NCBI GenBank assembly: GCA_029379215.1
Contig: JAQYWO010000014.1
Span: forward strand, 416-64,415
Direction: 5' to 3'
Length of the DNA: 64,000 nt
Source of the DNA: Rhizonema sp. PD37
GTDB taxonomy: Bacteria; Cyanobacteriota; Cyanobacteriia; Cyanobacteriales; Nostocaceae
Both the position numbers and the translations under genes were made by a program. Shown piece after piece: positions 20,286 to 31,224 of the stretch. A model generated the notes under the pieces. That model made no database searches. It was not told the origin of the DNA and worked only from the letters and a program-made list of their open reading frames with translations. The stretch's first letter is position 1. The number at the start of each line of letters is the position of its first letter.

Positions 20286-21419
20286 ATGTTTCGCAAATTG
20301 CCAATAATCGCGGTTGCTTTATGGGGAGTTTTGCTAATTCCGCCACCAAATCGCGCAAGTGCCACGACTGCTTTAACAAAAGCTGAAGTACAAGATCTTA
20401 GAAATGTAGTGCAACTCATGCCTCATAATCAGCCGAGGCGTCAGGCACACAAACGTGATGCCATGATACCAGGAGATGGGTTGGCGACTGGTCGCGCTTC
20501 CCTGGCAGACTTGCGCTTCAACGATAGATCTTTGGCTCGGGTGGGACAAGAAACGATATTTCGATTTTTACCAAAGACTCGAAACTTTAGCCTGTCAAGT
20601 GGAACTGTGCTGCTGCTCATTCCACCAGGAAATGGTCGAACCCGTGTGAATACGCCGAGTGCCTCTGCTGCAATTCGCGGTTCAGCATTATTTGTGCGTT
20701 ATGACGAAAAAACAGACACGACAGTTGTTGGTGCGCTGACAAATAGTGGCATTCAAGTTTTCAATAAAGATGCTTCTCAAAGTCAAATGCTAGCAGCAGG
20801 ACAATTAATGGTGATTGTTCAAGGGAGATTTCAAAGGTTCTACAATTTTGATTTGAGAACTTTTTACAATACAAGCGATTTAGTTGAGGGACTTTATCTC
20901 AATCAGTCGGGGGTAACTCATCCAGATCCTGCGCTTGCAAAGGTTCAAGCTGAAACCCTCGCCGCATTGAAAGTACAGTCACCACTCACTAGTCAGCACG
21001 TTATTAAAAACCTGGATTTTTCTGGGCAGACTTCCAATACCTCAAATTTGCCTGACAACAGTATTACTAGAGACAAGCCTCCAGTCACAAATCTGCAGAA
21101 CATAGGAGAAATTTTATTAAATAGGGACAACAATCGCAAGCCAGTGGGTGATGGTCGCACTACTATACAAACACCACCAGCGACTACTATACAAACACTA
21201 CCAGCGACTACTATACAAACACCACCAGCGACTACTATACAAACACCACCAGCGACTACTATACAAACACCGCCAGCGACTACTATACAAACACCGCCAG
21301 CGACTACTATACAAACGCCGCCAGCGACTACTATACAAACACCGCCAGCGACTACTATACAAACGCCTCCACCACCCACAGTCAATCCACCCCATTCCGA
21401 TCCAAGACGAAGTACCTGA
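20286..21419 (+). CDS. FecR-domain protein with a C-terminal TTIQTPPA octapeptide array
   Basis: Signal peptide. FecR-like core (..SLARVGQETIFRF...GTVLLL...TPSASAAIRGSALFV). Then about 9 tandem 8-aa repeats. Confidence 0.75.
   Translation: MFRKLPIIAVALWGVLLIPPPNRASATTALTKAEVQDLRNVVQLMPHNQPRRQAHKRDAMIPGDGLATGRASLADLRFNDRSLARVGQETIFRFLPKTRNFSLSSGTVLLLIPPGNGRTRVNTPSASAAIRGSALFVRYDEKTDTTVVGALTNSGIQVFNKDASQSQMLAAGQLMVIVQGRFQRFYNFDLRTFYNTSDLVEGLYLNQSGVTHPDPALAKVQAETLAALKVQSPLTSQHVIKNLDFSGQTSNTSNLPDNSITRDKPPVTNLQNIGEILLNRDNNRKPVGDGRTTIQTPPATTIQTLPATTIQTPPATTIQTPPATTIQTPPATTIQTPPATTIQTPPATTIQTPPATTIQTPPPPTVNPPHSDPRRST
21159..21374 (+). repeat. 24-bp tandem repeat, about 9 units (actactatacaaacaccaccagcg), in frame within the FecR-domain gene
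   Basis: Direct reading of the sequence. The units differ only by single substitutions (c/t, a/g). Confidence 0.95.
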
Positions 21420-21442
21420 TTGAAAGTAATACACAGTAAAGT

Positions 21443-21482
21443 GTAGAGACTTGACATGTCAGGTCTCTACATTTATTTTTTA
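21443..21482 (+). terminator. intrinsic terminator of the FecR-domain gene
   Basis: GTAGAGACTTGACA/TGTCAGGTCTCTAC stem followed by ATTTATTTTTT. Confidence 0.75.
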
Positions 21483-21993
21483 GTTGTGTATTTACTCCAA
21501 ATGGGAAATGCTATGGTTAGAAGCAAAATACTCCCAAACCGCTGTAAGATTACCGATACAATTTCTTCTCCCCCTCACAAGGGTAAGTTTTTTACATGTA
21601 GGTAAGACGCTCGTTGACCTAGGGGGAAAGTAGACCAGTCAGAAGATGAAAAACTACGTATATATACTCCTTTATCATCTATTTTGAGTTAAAACAACTA
21701 CAAGATATACTTTCCTTCCTTCTCCTCCAAGTCTTGCCAACACCCAATTGTAAAAAACCTACACCTGTGAGCCCCTCTCCCTCTCTGTTGATCCTAACTG
21801 TTCCAGGAAAAAATGCTGAAAGCCGCTTGGCTTTAGTCAGGGCATGAAAGCTAGTGGCACCTTTTAAGGTGCCAGTGTTATATCTTTGAATTCAGGTAGA
21901 GTGTCTATCAATTCCTCTACAACTTGGATTATAGTTTTATCTTTCACTGACGCAGAAATTATCAGGCTTTCAACGAGTGTTTCGTTAAGAACT

Positions 21994-24390
21994 TTATAAA
22001 CGTGGCGGTAAGATGGATGTGGAAGATGGCCATTGTGAAGTTTCTTCAGATACTTCCACCCAAGGTGTCGTCGGAGTATCAGAATCATATTCCACAGATA
22101 AAGTATTGATTAACAACCCGTTATTTGACAATGATTTTGTGTCTTGATAATTTATTAATTCGTTAAGCTCCTCAAGTGCTAAGGATGCAGATTGATATCG
22201 CTGCTGAAAGTCCTCCAACACCATCTTACTGAGAATTTTAGCAAGCGCGTCGCTTACGTCTGCCTTATCAACCCATTTTAACTCTCCACTTGCATCTCTT
22301 TCAATTTCATGGGGAGCTATGCCAGTTAAAGCTTTAATAGCAATCATGCCAACTGCATAGATGTCACTACTGTATTGCGGACGCCCATAATATTGCTCGC
22401 TTGGAGCATAACCTCTAGTCCCAATACCAATGGTGAAAGCTGTTTGCTCTGGATTATTAAGCAGTTGTGTGGTGACTTCCTTAACAGCACCAAAGTCAAT
22501 CAGTACCAGTTTGCTATCTGAGTCTCGCCGGATGATATTGTTGGGTTTAATATCTCGGTGAATCACGCCGTTATGATGCACAAAAGTTAATGTTTGTAAT
22601 AAGTCCTTTAAAATCTCGATAACTTTTGCCTGTTGCAGGCGTTTACCCGTTGGCAGTTCCTGACTCAAAGCATGACCAACTATATATTCTTGAACTAAAT
22701 AAAATTCTTCTTCCTCTTCAAAGTAAGCAAAAAGTTGAGGTATTTGGTTATTTGTTCCCAACTTGTACAGTGTTTTAGCTTCTGAGTTAAATAAACGTCT
22801 GGCGATCACCAACTGTTCTGATTTAGTATTGGCAGGTTTTAGCTGTTTAACAACACATAAAGGATTGTCGGGAAGTTTCATATCTTCAGCAACGTAAGTT
22901 TCACTGAATCCACCCGAACCGAGAACTCTCACAATTTTGTAGCGTCCTTCTAGGATTTTTCCTGATAACGCCATTTCCCTTTGCTGGAGGAGATCTCTAA
23001 GATCATCCTGTTGGCTGAGAATCTCTTGGACAACTTGGTGAGATGCATATTTCTGAAAAATCTTCACCAATTGGCTTTTTCTTAATATTTCTCTGACGAC
23101 TTCAGTTCCCAAATAGCAAAGTCCGATCACTGTAATCGCGACTACTGGCACAGCCGTGGGAAAAATTAACTGACCATAGAGAAATAACGCATAACTTATT
23201 CCTCCCCAAGAAATTGCCAGAGCCACGCTTAAGAAAAATCTTGTTATTCCTGGCTTTTTTCTAGCAATTATGACACTACATCCACCTACTAAACCGAAGA
23301 CAAATAAACCGCACCCTATTGGATTTTCAATCGCTTGGGAGATTGCCTGACCTTCCATTAAAGTTGCGATCGCGTTGGCATGAATTTCCACACCTGACAT
23401 TTCCTGAGAAGACAGCCAGCTTGTGGAAGCAGGTACTGGAAAATAATCTTTTTGCAACTTATCTGTTGCGCCTATAATGACGACTTTATTTTTGAAAACT
23501 TTTCCCTGCTGCAAATAAGTGTTCCAATTCTCTGGTTCTAGTACGTCCATGAAGGAAATCATTTTAAACGTACCTGTCGGTCCGTAAAAATAAATCCGAT
23601 TACCCTTGGGTGGGAGATAATTGACTTTAGCTGCCTTAAGAGTCGCTTCATCAAAGGAAGGTATATCTACGACTAAGGCATCATCTGTATCCGCTAACGA
23701 TTTGATATATTCATTGCCTAGTTTTTGAATTTTGCCATCTACCTCTAAAGGGAAATTTACTAAACCGACCGACACTGGGTTTGTCCAAAATAAAGGCTGC
23801 GGTTCGTTTAGTTTGTTAATCTGCCCTTGGTAAATCTCCGAGTCATTGTAGCTGGCAGCTAAGGTCACTTTGCCTGCAAACACCCGCAATGCCCGTTGCA
23901 ATCGGCGATCATCTGTCTCTCCATAACGACTAGGTGTGTCAAATACTACATCCAGGGCAACAGAACGCGCTCCGGCTTTCATCAACTTATCGATAACCTT
24001 AGCATATGCCTCACGTTTGAAGGGAAAAGCTTTCAAGGGCTCTAAATTGGCATACTTTTGTGGATCTGTTCGGTAGTACTCCTGTGGAATGGATATAGAC
24101 TTTTCGTCAATTGCCAAAATCACAATATCTTCTGGAGGAACGACTGCTCCTCGCAGGAGATAAAATACGGTTTGTGCCTGACTTTCCATCACTTTAGGTA
24201 AGTCCGAACTAGAAGTTGCGAGTAGGGAAGCTACCACTACCGAAGTACTGGCAAGCAGATGACCTAGGCGTGCCATCAGCTTTGAGTGGCGTAGCGATAC
24301 CGTCGCAGTTGTTTTTGTTTGTTTACTCGTTGGTCGATTAGTCGCTGAGATATGTTTTTTGGTTAAGCTGGATATAGTTTCTTTTGGCAT
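21994..24390 (-). CDS. CHASE2 sensor domain + TM segments + Ser/Thr protein kinase
   Basis: N-terminal extracytoplasmic CHASE2-like region with three following TM helices. Kinase motifs GSGGFSETYVA, VVKQL, HRDIKPNN, DFG, GTRGYAPSE. Confidence 0.88.
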   Translation of the reverse strand: MPKETISSLTKKHISATNRPTSKQTKTTATVSLRHSKLMARLGHLLASTSVVVASLLATSSSDLPKVMESQAQTVFYLLRGAVVPPEDIVILAIDEKSISIPQEYYRTDPQKYANLEPLKAFPFKREAYAKVIDKLMKAGARSVALDVVFDTPSRYGETDDRRLQRALRVFAGKVTLAASYNDSEIYQGQINKLNEPQPLFWTNPVSVGLVNFPLEVDGKIQKLGNEYIKSLADTDDALVVDIPSFDEATLKAAKVNYLPPKGNRIYFYGPTGTFKMISFMDVLEPENWNTYLQQGKVFKNKVVIIGATDKLQKDYFPVPASTSWLSSQEMSGVEIHANAIATLMEGQAISQAIENPIGCGLFVFGLVGGCSVIIARKKPGITRFFLSVALAISWGGISYALFLYGQLIFPTAVPVVAITVIGLCYLGTEVVREILRKSQLVKIFQKYASHQVVQEILSQQDDLRDLLQQREMALSGKILEGRYKIVRVLGSGGFSETYVAEDMKLPDNPLCVVKQLKPANTKSEQLVIARRLFNSEAKTLYKLGTNNQIPQLFAYFEEEEEFYLVQEYIVGHALSQELPTGKRLQQAKVIEILKDLLQTLTFVHHNGVIHRDIKPNNIIRRDSDSKLVLIDFGAVKEVTTQLLNNPEQTAFTIGIGTRGYAPSEQYYGRPQYSSDIYAVGMIAIKALTGIAPHEIERDASGELKWVDKADVSDALAKILSKMVLEDFQQRYQSASLALEELNELINYQDTKSLSNNGLLINTLSVEYDSDTPTTPWVEVSEETSQWPSSTSILPPRL

Positions 24391-25092
24391 ATCATATTGC
24401 CGAATGATTTACGTATGATCCCTTGTTTTTTTATACGCTCTTAACTTTAGAGTAAGACGAAGAGATGAAAATCTTATATTTTTGTAACTTATCTTTTGTT
24501 TCTCACCAAAATAGACATGAGTTCTAAGTCCTAAATCTTGAGTATGTTATTTTCTACTTCGTGTATTCTAATGTCATGCACTCCTTTTTCAATAAACGAC
24601 AAGTGTTTTCCTTTGTCACTGTTTTCACAGACACATACAACGTTGCGGCTTGATTTTGCCGAAAACGAAAATGTTCTGCGACTCTACTCTACTCTATAAG
24701 ACGAGGTTTGCTGTCCATCCCTTGAAGCTGAGCGATCAATGCGATCGCCTGTGTCCTCCGTTTAATCATAAAAGCCGTATATGAGCATTAAGTCACAACC
24801 TATTCATAGCTTATTACATACCTCTTTAGGAGTAAACTTGATTGGTATACCGCGATGAATCATGTTACTTAGTCTATTTTATTGGTAGATTTTGATCGTG
24901 GGAGCATCTAATAGCGCCGACGGTGAAAAAGGTTCAGCATCTGAGAGACAGTCACTTTTATGCTTTAAGAGAGGTTAGATAACAACTATATATGACAATA
25001 TGTTTATAGATATTATCGAATTTAACATTTTATAATTGCTATAATCTATTGTTCCATCTAAATTCTTTATATATTATTAGGTGTAACTTTCT

Positions 25093-25614
25093 ATGGGTTC
25101 TCCAATGAATCGTCTGTCTATTTTTGTAGACGGAAACAATATGTTCTATGCTCAACAAAAAAATGGCTGGTTTTTTGACCCAAGGCGCGTCTTAGAATAC
25201 TTTAGAAACGAACAGTCGGAAACAGCCTTAATCAATGCATTTTGGTATACAGGTCTAAAAGACCCTCAAGATCAACGAGGTTTCAGAGATGCTCTCATTA
25301 GCTTAGGATATACCGTCAGAACTAAAATTCTTAAAGAATACTATGATGATGCCTCGGGCCGTTATTCACAAAAAGCTAACTTAGATATTGAAATTGTTGT
25401 AGATATGTTTAATACAGTAGATCAGTATGACAGAGTCGTATTATTTAGTGGAGATGGAGATTTTGAAAGAGCTATTGAATTATTAAGAGGAAAAAGTACT
25501 TATATTACGGTAGTATCAACTGAAGGAATGATAGCCAGAGAATTGCGTAATGCCACGGATAGATATATAGATTTAAACGATATAAGGGAGCGAATAGAAA
25601 AAGTAGAAGGTTAG
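25093..25614 (+). CDS. NYN-domain (LabA/DUF88-like) protein
   Basis: IFVDGNNMFY ... LFSGDGDFERAIELLR pattern typical of LabA-like NYN nucleases. Confidence 0.8.
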   Translation: MGSPMNRLSIFVDGNNMFYAQQKNGWFFDPRRVLEYFRNEQSETALINAFWYTGLKDPQDQRGFRDALISLGYTVRTKILKEYYDDASGRYSQKANLDIEIVVDMFNTVDQYDRVVLFSGDGDFERAIELLRGKSTYITVVSTEGMIARELRNATDRYIDLNDIRERIEKVEG

Positions 25615-25817
25615 TAAAATAAGCAATTATTTTTTACATAACGTAAAAGTAAAAAAATAAAGTTTAAGGTATTTAAAGCAGAAGCATTCATCAATCAGCT
25701 ATAAATGGAATTATAAAAATATTCAGATATTGGATTAGCACTATCATACATGCTGATAGCTGACAGTTAACGGCTGAATGCTTACTTTTAAACCACGAGG
25801 AAAAACTATACAAGGAG

Positions 25818-27419
25818 TTGGAAATGAATACTTGGCCAGAAAAAATCATTATTTTTGACACCACACTTCGAGATGGCGAACAAAGTCCCGGAGCAACCTT
25901 AAATATAGATGAAAAGCTAACAATTGCTAAGCAGCTGGCACGTTTGGGCGTAGATGTGATAGAGGCGGGTTTCGCCTTTACCAGTGCTGGAGATTTTGAG
26001 GCCGTTAGCAAAATTGCCCAGACAGTAGGGACAGAAAATGGACCGATCATTTGCTCTTTGGCAAGAGCAAGGCAAGATGATATTAAAGCAGCAGCAGCAG
26101 CAATCAAACCAGCAGCTAAAGGGAGAATTCATACTTTTATCGCCACAAGTAATATTCACCTCGAGTACAAATTAAAGAAAACAAAAGCAGAAGTTCTGGC
26201 GATCGCCAGAGAAATGGTGGCCTATGCCAAAACTTTCACTACGGATATAGAATTTTCTCCAGAAGATGCCGGACGTAGCGATCCAGAATTTCTTTACGAA
26301 GTATTAGAGGCAGTGATCGCTGAAGGCGCGACAACAGTTAACATTCCAGACACAGTTGGTTATACAACACCAAGTGAATTTGGCGCAATAATTAAAGGTA
26401 TTAAAGAAAATGTTCCTAATATTGATAAAGCAATTATTTCCGTTCACGGACACGATGACTTAGGTTTAGCAGTTGCTAATTTCCTAGAAGCCGTGAAAAA
26501 TGGCGCAAGACAGTTAGAATGCACGATCAATGGGATTGGCGAACGGGCAGGAAATGCAGCGTTAGAAGAATTGGTAATGGCTTTGCACGTCCGACGACAG
26601 TATTTTAACCCATTTTTAGGACGTCCGGTTGATTCGGAAGCACCCCTGACAAATATTGACACCAGACAAATTTATAAAACCTCGCGCCAAGTTTCCAATT
26701 TGACAGGAATGCTGGTACAGCCAAATAAAGCAATTGTTGGGGCAAATGCTTTTGCTCATGAGTCTGGTATTCATCAAGATGGTGTGCTGAAAAATAAGCT
26801 CACCTATGAAATTATGGATGCCCAATTAATTGGATTGACAGAAAATCTCATTGTTTTGGGTAAACATTCGGGCAGAAATGCCTTCCGTACTCGCTTGAAA
26901 GAATTGGGATTTGAACTGTCAGAAACAGAGTTGAATAAAGCATTTGTCAGGTTTAAAGAGGTTGCAGACAAAAAGAAAGAAATTTCTGATTGGGATTTGG
27001 AAGCAATTGTCAACGATGAAATCCAACAAGCCCCCGATTTGTTCCGTTTGGAGTTGGTGCAAGTTTCCTGCGGCGATCAAGCCCGTCCCACAGCGACAGT
27101 TACCCTGCGGACTCCAGAAGGTGAAGAATTAACTGATGCGGCGATCGGCACAGGGCCGGTGGATGCTGTTTACAAAGCCATCAACCGCGTGGTAGATATG
27201 CCGAATCAGTTGATTGAGTTTTCTGTACAATCGGTAACAGGAGGCATTGATGCTATTGGAGAAGTCACCATTAGATTACAGCATCAAGGGCGAGTGTATT
27301 CAGGTCACGCAGCAAACACTGATATTATCGTGGCATCCGCTCAGGCATACGTAAATGCAATGAATAGATTGTGTTCTGCATTACAAAGTAAAAAAGAAAA
27401 ACAGCAAGTGAGCCTATAG
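25818..27419 (+). CDS. leuA: 2-isopropylmalate synthase
   Basis: [36 protein letters not shown] and the C-terminal LeuA dimerisation/regulatory domain. Confidence 0.93.
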   Translation: MEMNTWPEKIIIFDTTLRDGEQSPGATLNIDEKLTIAKQLARLGVDVIEAGFAFTSAGDFEAVSKIAQTVGTENGPIICSLARARQDDIKAAAAAIKPAAKGRIHTFIATSNIHLEYKLKKTKAEVLAIAREMVAYAKTFTTDIEFSPEDAGRSDPEFLYEVLEAVIAEGATTVNIPDTVGYTTPSEFGAIIKGIKENVPNIDKAIISVHGHDDLGLAVANFLEAVKNGARQLECTINGIGERAGNAALEELVMALHVRRQYFNPFLGRPVDSEAPLTNIDTRQIYKTSRQVSNLTGMLVQPNKAIVGANAFAHESGIHQDGVLKNKLTYEIMDAQLIGLTENLIVLGKHSGRNAFRTRLKELGFELSETELNKAFVRFKEVADKKKEISDWDLEAIVNDEIQQAPDLFRLELVQVSCGDQARPTATVTLRTPEGEELTDAAIGTGPVDAVYKAINRVVDMPNQLIEFSVQSVTGGIDAIGEVTIRLQHQGRVYSGHAANTDIIVASAQAYVNAMNRLCSALQSKKEKQQVSL

Positions 27420-27471
27420 TAAGTCTAATGCACTACATATAGAGTCACTGTATGAAAAAGCCGAAAAAATT

Positions 27472-28051
27472 ATGATGAGCGCTCTAGCCCTCGATCTTAA
27501 CCCATTGGGACCGCTGACACACGAAGCTTTCTATCAACTCTGTGCAGCTAACCCAGACATGAAATTTGAGCGGACTGTAGAAGGAGAACTAATTATCGTG
27601 TCACCGACAGGAGGAGAAACTGGCGAACGCAATTCGGAAATTAACTATCAATTAAGGCGTTGGACTAAACAGAACAAACAAGGAAAATGCTTTGATTCAT
27701 CAACCTGTTTTCAATTATCTAACGGTGCTGAACGCTCTCCTGATTCTTCATGGGTGCAGCTTGAGCGTTGGGAATCACTTTCGGTTGAGTAGCGTCGGAC
27801 TTTTCCGCCTTTAGCTCCTGACTTTGTTGTGGAATTACGTTCACTCCCGTGATCGCTTGAAGAAGTTACAAGATAAGATGCAGGAATATATCGATAATGG
27901 TGTTCGCTTGGGGTGGTTGATAGATCCGCAAAATAAGCGGGTCGAGATTTATCGTCCAAGTCTTGCTGTTCAGGTGCTAGACTTTCCCCAGAGTCTTTCT
28001 GGTGAGGATGTATTGCCTGGTTTTGTTCTAGATTTAAGTGAGATTTTCTGA
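27472..28051 (+). pseudogene. Uma2-family (DUF820) endonuclease gene disrupted by an in-frame TAG and a frameshift
   Basis: ORF 27472-27792 ends ...LERWESLSVE*. The same frame continues RRTFPPLAPDFVVELRS. The family-typical KLQDKMQEYIDNGVRLGWLIDP follows in another frame (27824-28051). Confidence 0.8.
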
Positions 28052-28152
28052 CTAGCATTTCCCTCACTATGTAACACACGATTGACCGCTCGCTGACAAA
28101 CCGTCTAAACTAATTATCATTCTTATAATTGGTGATTTTATTCCTTAGAAGT

Positions 28153-28354
28153 CGGCGTTACTGATTTAAAGTATGAATTAGCCTCACGCAAAGGCAAGCT
28201 AGTGCGTTGGCTCAGCACGGCGCTGAATGAGTGTTTCCGACTGTCACGGCGACTGGCTTTCATACTCTGCCGACAGTCACGCAACTGGCATCGCAAAGAA
28301 TCGTTGTTTAGTCATCTCAAAGAATGTAAATTCATACTCTGATTCAGCAACGCC
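28153..28354. mobile_element. MITE, copy 1 (about 202 bp, 25-bp TIRs, 8-bp target duplication with 1 mismatch)
   Basis: Left end ggcgttactgatttaaagtatgaat. Right end attcatactctgattcagcaacgcc. Flanks tAgaagtc / tGgaagtc. Confidence 0.75.
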
Positions 28355-28581
28355 TGGAAGTCCCTATCCTTGGAGTGATGGGATAGTTAAATTAATAATG
28401 TTGTGAATGCATACATCCCCAGTTTGGCAAAAGTTATAGCAATTCTAAATCATTTGTGAAAAAACAAAGTACATTTGTAAATCCTTCTTTCCTGTTCCCT
28501 GTTCCCTAGCTTAGCGAGAAATTTCACGACTCCTCAACGGATCGCTATATACGATATAACCGAAATACAATAGTGAAAGAC

Positions 28582-28662
28582 ACAATTCTCCGTAACCGCT
28601 ACAGAATCATATAGTTTTTAGGGAGTGGTTCGTTTGGCGACACCTACATAGCATTACTACAG
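28582..28662 (+). pseudogene. Ser/Thr kinase N-terminal fragment (subdomain I) with an in-frame stop
   Basis: My translation: TILRNRYRII*FLGSGSFGDTYIALLQ, which matches the LGxGxFGxxY glycine loop. Nothing kinase-like follows. Confidence 0.4.
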
Positions 28663-28828
28663 AGTCCAAAGCTTTTTATGGATATTTAGGAGGGGAGAAA
28701 ATGGTTACCATAGGCAACCGTTTTCTCCCATTCCAAAAATGATTATCATTATAGTCTAAGCATTGATTCTTGGTTTTTGTTGATTAATTTATTCTTTGGA
28801 AGTCCCTTAGAGGAGTGAAGTTGCTCGT

Positions 28829-30982
28829 TCAAACAACTTGATAAACAAAGCTGAGACTTGCCCAATTATTCACATCCAACGTATAGAAGTCAATAGTGTT
28901 ACTATTGTCGCCCTTAGTGCTGGCATTGTGCAAGTCTTGGAGAACGGCTTGTACAACTTCTAAAGGATTTATGAGTGGCTGAATGCGATGTTGTTCGGCT
29001 GAAGGATGCTTAGCAGTTTCCAAAGCTGCGAGGGTTTGAGTAAAAGGAGCGGTGCTAAATATGAGTTGGGTTTCACTTAAAGAAGCTGGTGCTTGCACCA
29101 CCCATTCAAAACCAGAAGTGGTTTGTGGTATCGTGCGGCTTTCTCCAGGAGCAATCATGACATCAAATAAAAGTGATTTGGCTTCTGGATTTTCGGGAAG
29201 AGGATTTTTTTGCCAAGGACACAGCCCGATTGCAGTTCTACTACTATTTAATCCCAATAGCATTGCATATACAGGACGATCGCTCGTGTTTTGCACCCGG
29301 TACTGTATCCGACTACCAATTGGAACGGTGAGAATACTTTCTGTAGAAGGCAGCGTTTTCCTCTCCCTCTGTTGATTGCGTGAAGTTTCTCGTTGCATGA
29401 GTGTTCGAGGCACGAGATTGTTCAGATCTTCTAGACTTGCCTTGATTCCCAAGCAAGAAGAACCTTCATTCTCTGTTAATCGCCATAACTTTGCCGCCAA
29501 TAATGTTTGTAGTTTCGGCGATAATCGCTGCACTGCCACTTTCACTGCTTCTCCCGATTCGCCATCTGTATTGGGAATCAGCTCGCTCGAAAGAGTAAAT
29601 AAACCATAGCGACGACTGGAAGATACCAGTGTTGATGTTTTGTCTTTATTGTTTGCTTCTGGCAACTTACCAAACACGTAATCAGCTGCTTGTTCCCCTG
29701 CTACTACCGATGATGCATAGGCGACTGTGGCAAATGCACTTGTGGCATCTACCCGCTCAATTCTTTCCAATTTGGTGTCGAGGGCAACTGTTAAACTAAT
29801 ATTCCGGGCAAAGACTCGCACTGCTTCAGTAACGAGTTGTCCGACTTTTGGGGAATTCGCGCTATTACCATAAACTAGGGCTTTTGCTGTTAATCCAGTA
29901 CGCGATCGCAGCACCATTGGTGCTGTTGTTCTTTCTTGACTAAGGAGAGTGAATTGGGAATTAACACCGTAATCTTCCAGTACTTGTAAAGGTATTCCTC
30001 CTAACCACAGTTGTACTGTTTTGCCATCCTCTTCTACTGCTGTCACTACTCCTTGTGCTCCAATGGTGGAGTCTGGAAGAAAAATATCGTTTAGGAGGGC
30101 ATGACTAAGTTCATTTTTCTTGCCAAGCGATAATCCTGGCTGCTGTTGAGCGCCCAGTTGCTGTAGAGAACTGGCTGCATGAGAGAGGCTAACTTGAATT
30201 GTTGTCGCTGGGATGGTTTCCCACAAGTACTGCGTTAAGGCGTAAGTAAATAAACCAGCACTAAAACCAGAAAACTGGATTTCTGTTGCCAATTGCTGAG
30301 ATTTAGAGCTAGCTGCCAGCAGCACAACCGGATTTACCCCATCTTTCGGCTGGAGTTGTTTTTGAAATTCAAGTTCCCCTGCTGCTAGAATAGCTTCTGC
30401 TGGCGTTCGACGTGTACGACTTCGCAATCCTGTGGGCTGGATATTTGTTGGAGCGTCGTAACTGGTATCCAGTACTGCTGTGATGCGGTTTGTCGCCAGA
30501 CTTCGCAACATCTGATCCAGTGTTTCTTCTAATAAGTAGTTGACAATATTGTTTTTGTATGCATCAAATGGAACTAAAGCATTTATCATCTCTGGTAATG
30601 TTTCCAATTTGACACGACTTCCATAGCCGCTAAAGTGGAAGACTACCACATCATCAGAGCCAGCAACCTTGACAAGATGCTCCAAAAAAGCCGTCTCAAT
30701 CGATTCCCTAGTCGCTTGTTCGTTAGTCAAGCAAAGAATATCAGACGATTTGAAACCAAAGCGGTGAATTAAAAGTTCCCTTTGCAGTTCCACATCCATC
30801 AGACAACCAGTGAGGACTGGTTGCGGATATTGATTGACACCTACCAACAACGCTAACTTACGCAATTCAGATTGTGCCAAAGCTTGGTAATAGTGACTTC
30901 CTAAAGTCAACCATTCAGCTTCAGTCATACCCAATATTGCGAGTATGGAGCTTAACCTTTGTAAAAATGTCCTTCGCTTCAT
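28829..30982 (-). CDS. pseudo-orthocaspase (peptidase C14 fold, catalytic dyad replaced) with a Tat-type signal
   Basis: MKRRTFLQRL... twin-Arg leader. p20-like block VVFHFSGYGS (Tyr at the His position) and VLDTSYDA (Ser at the Cys position). Long C-terminal extension. Confidence 0.75.
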   Translation of the reverse strand: MKRRTFLQRLSSILAILGMTEAEWLTLGSHYYQALAQSELRKLALLVGVNQYPQPVLTGCLMDVELQRELLIHRFGFKSSDILCLTNEQATRESIETAFLEHLVKVAGSDDVVVFHFSGYGSRVKLETLPEMINALVPFDAYKNNIVNYLLEETLDQMLRSLATNRITAVLDTSYDAPTNIQPTGLRSRTRRTPAEAILAAGELEFQKQLQPKDGVNPVVLLAASSKSQQLATEIQFSGFSAGLFTYALTQYLWETIPATTIQVSLSHAASSLQQLGAQQQPGLSLGKKNELSHALLNDIFLPDSTIGAQGVVTAVEEDGKTVQLWLGGIPLQVLEDYGVNSQFTLLSQERTTAPMVLRSRTGLTAKALVYGNSANSPKVGQLVTEAVRVFARNISLTVALDTKLERIERVDATSAFATVAYASSVVAGEQAADYVFGKLPEANNKDKTSTLVSSSRRYGLFTLSSELIPNTDGESGEAVKVAVQRLSPKLQTLLAAKLWRLTENEGSSCLGIKASLEDLNNLVPRTLMQRETSRNQQRERKTLPSTESILTVPIGSRIQYRVQNTSDRPVYAMLLGLNSSRTAIGLCPWQKNPLPENPEAKSLLFDVMIAPGESRTIPQTTSGFEWVVQAPASLSETQLIFSTAPFTQTLAALETAKHPSAEQHRIQPLINPLEVVQAVLQDLHNASTKGDNSNTIDFYTLDVNNWASLSFVYQVV

Positions 30983-31224
30983 AAATTAGCTACCCGCCCA
31001 GTCCATCAGCTATCAGCTTAAATGTCTTGGGTCTGTAGTGTAAAGCAAGATTTTATACTATTTGTACTGAACTTTTTTTATGCGTATAGTAGCACTTGCA
31101 TTGCCCGTGCTAAATTTGCCACCTCGGTACACAAAACGACAAGTGAATGCATTCCTCAATTATATGCTGGGACTTGTTTTGCTTAGTCGCCATACGCAGA
31201 GTACGCATACACAAAAAGGGGCGT

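Noticed and set aside
21148-21457. ORFs 21148-21423 (+), 20993-21457 (-) and 21198-21434 (-), which have striking repetitive peptides
   Set aside because: They are alternative-frame and antisense readings of the 24-bp tandem repeat inside the FecR-domain gene. I also considered whether this array could be a CRISPR, but the units are contiguous with no spacers.
21540-21800. Possible MITE with about 28-bp imperfect inverted repeats (ctcacaagggtaagttttttacatgtagg / cctacacctgtgag region)
   Set aside because: The arms match only partially. I could not identify a TSD or a second copy in the window, so it is left unannotated.
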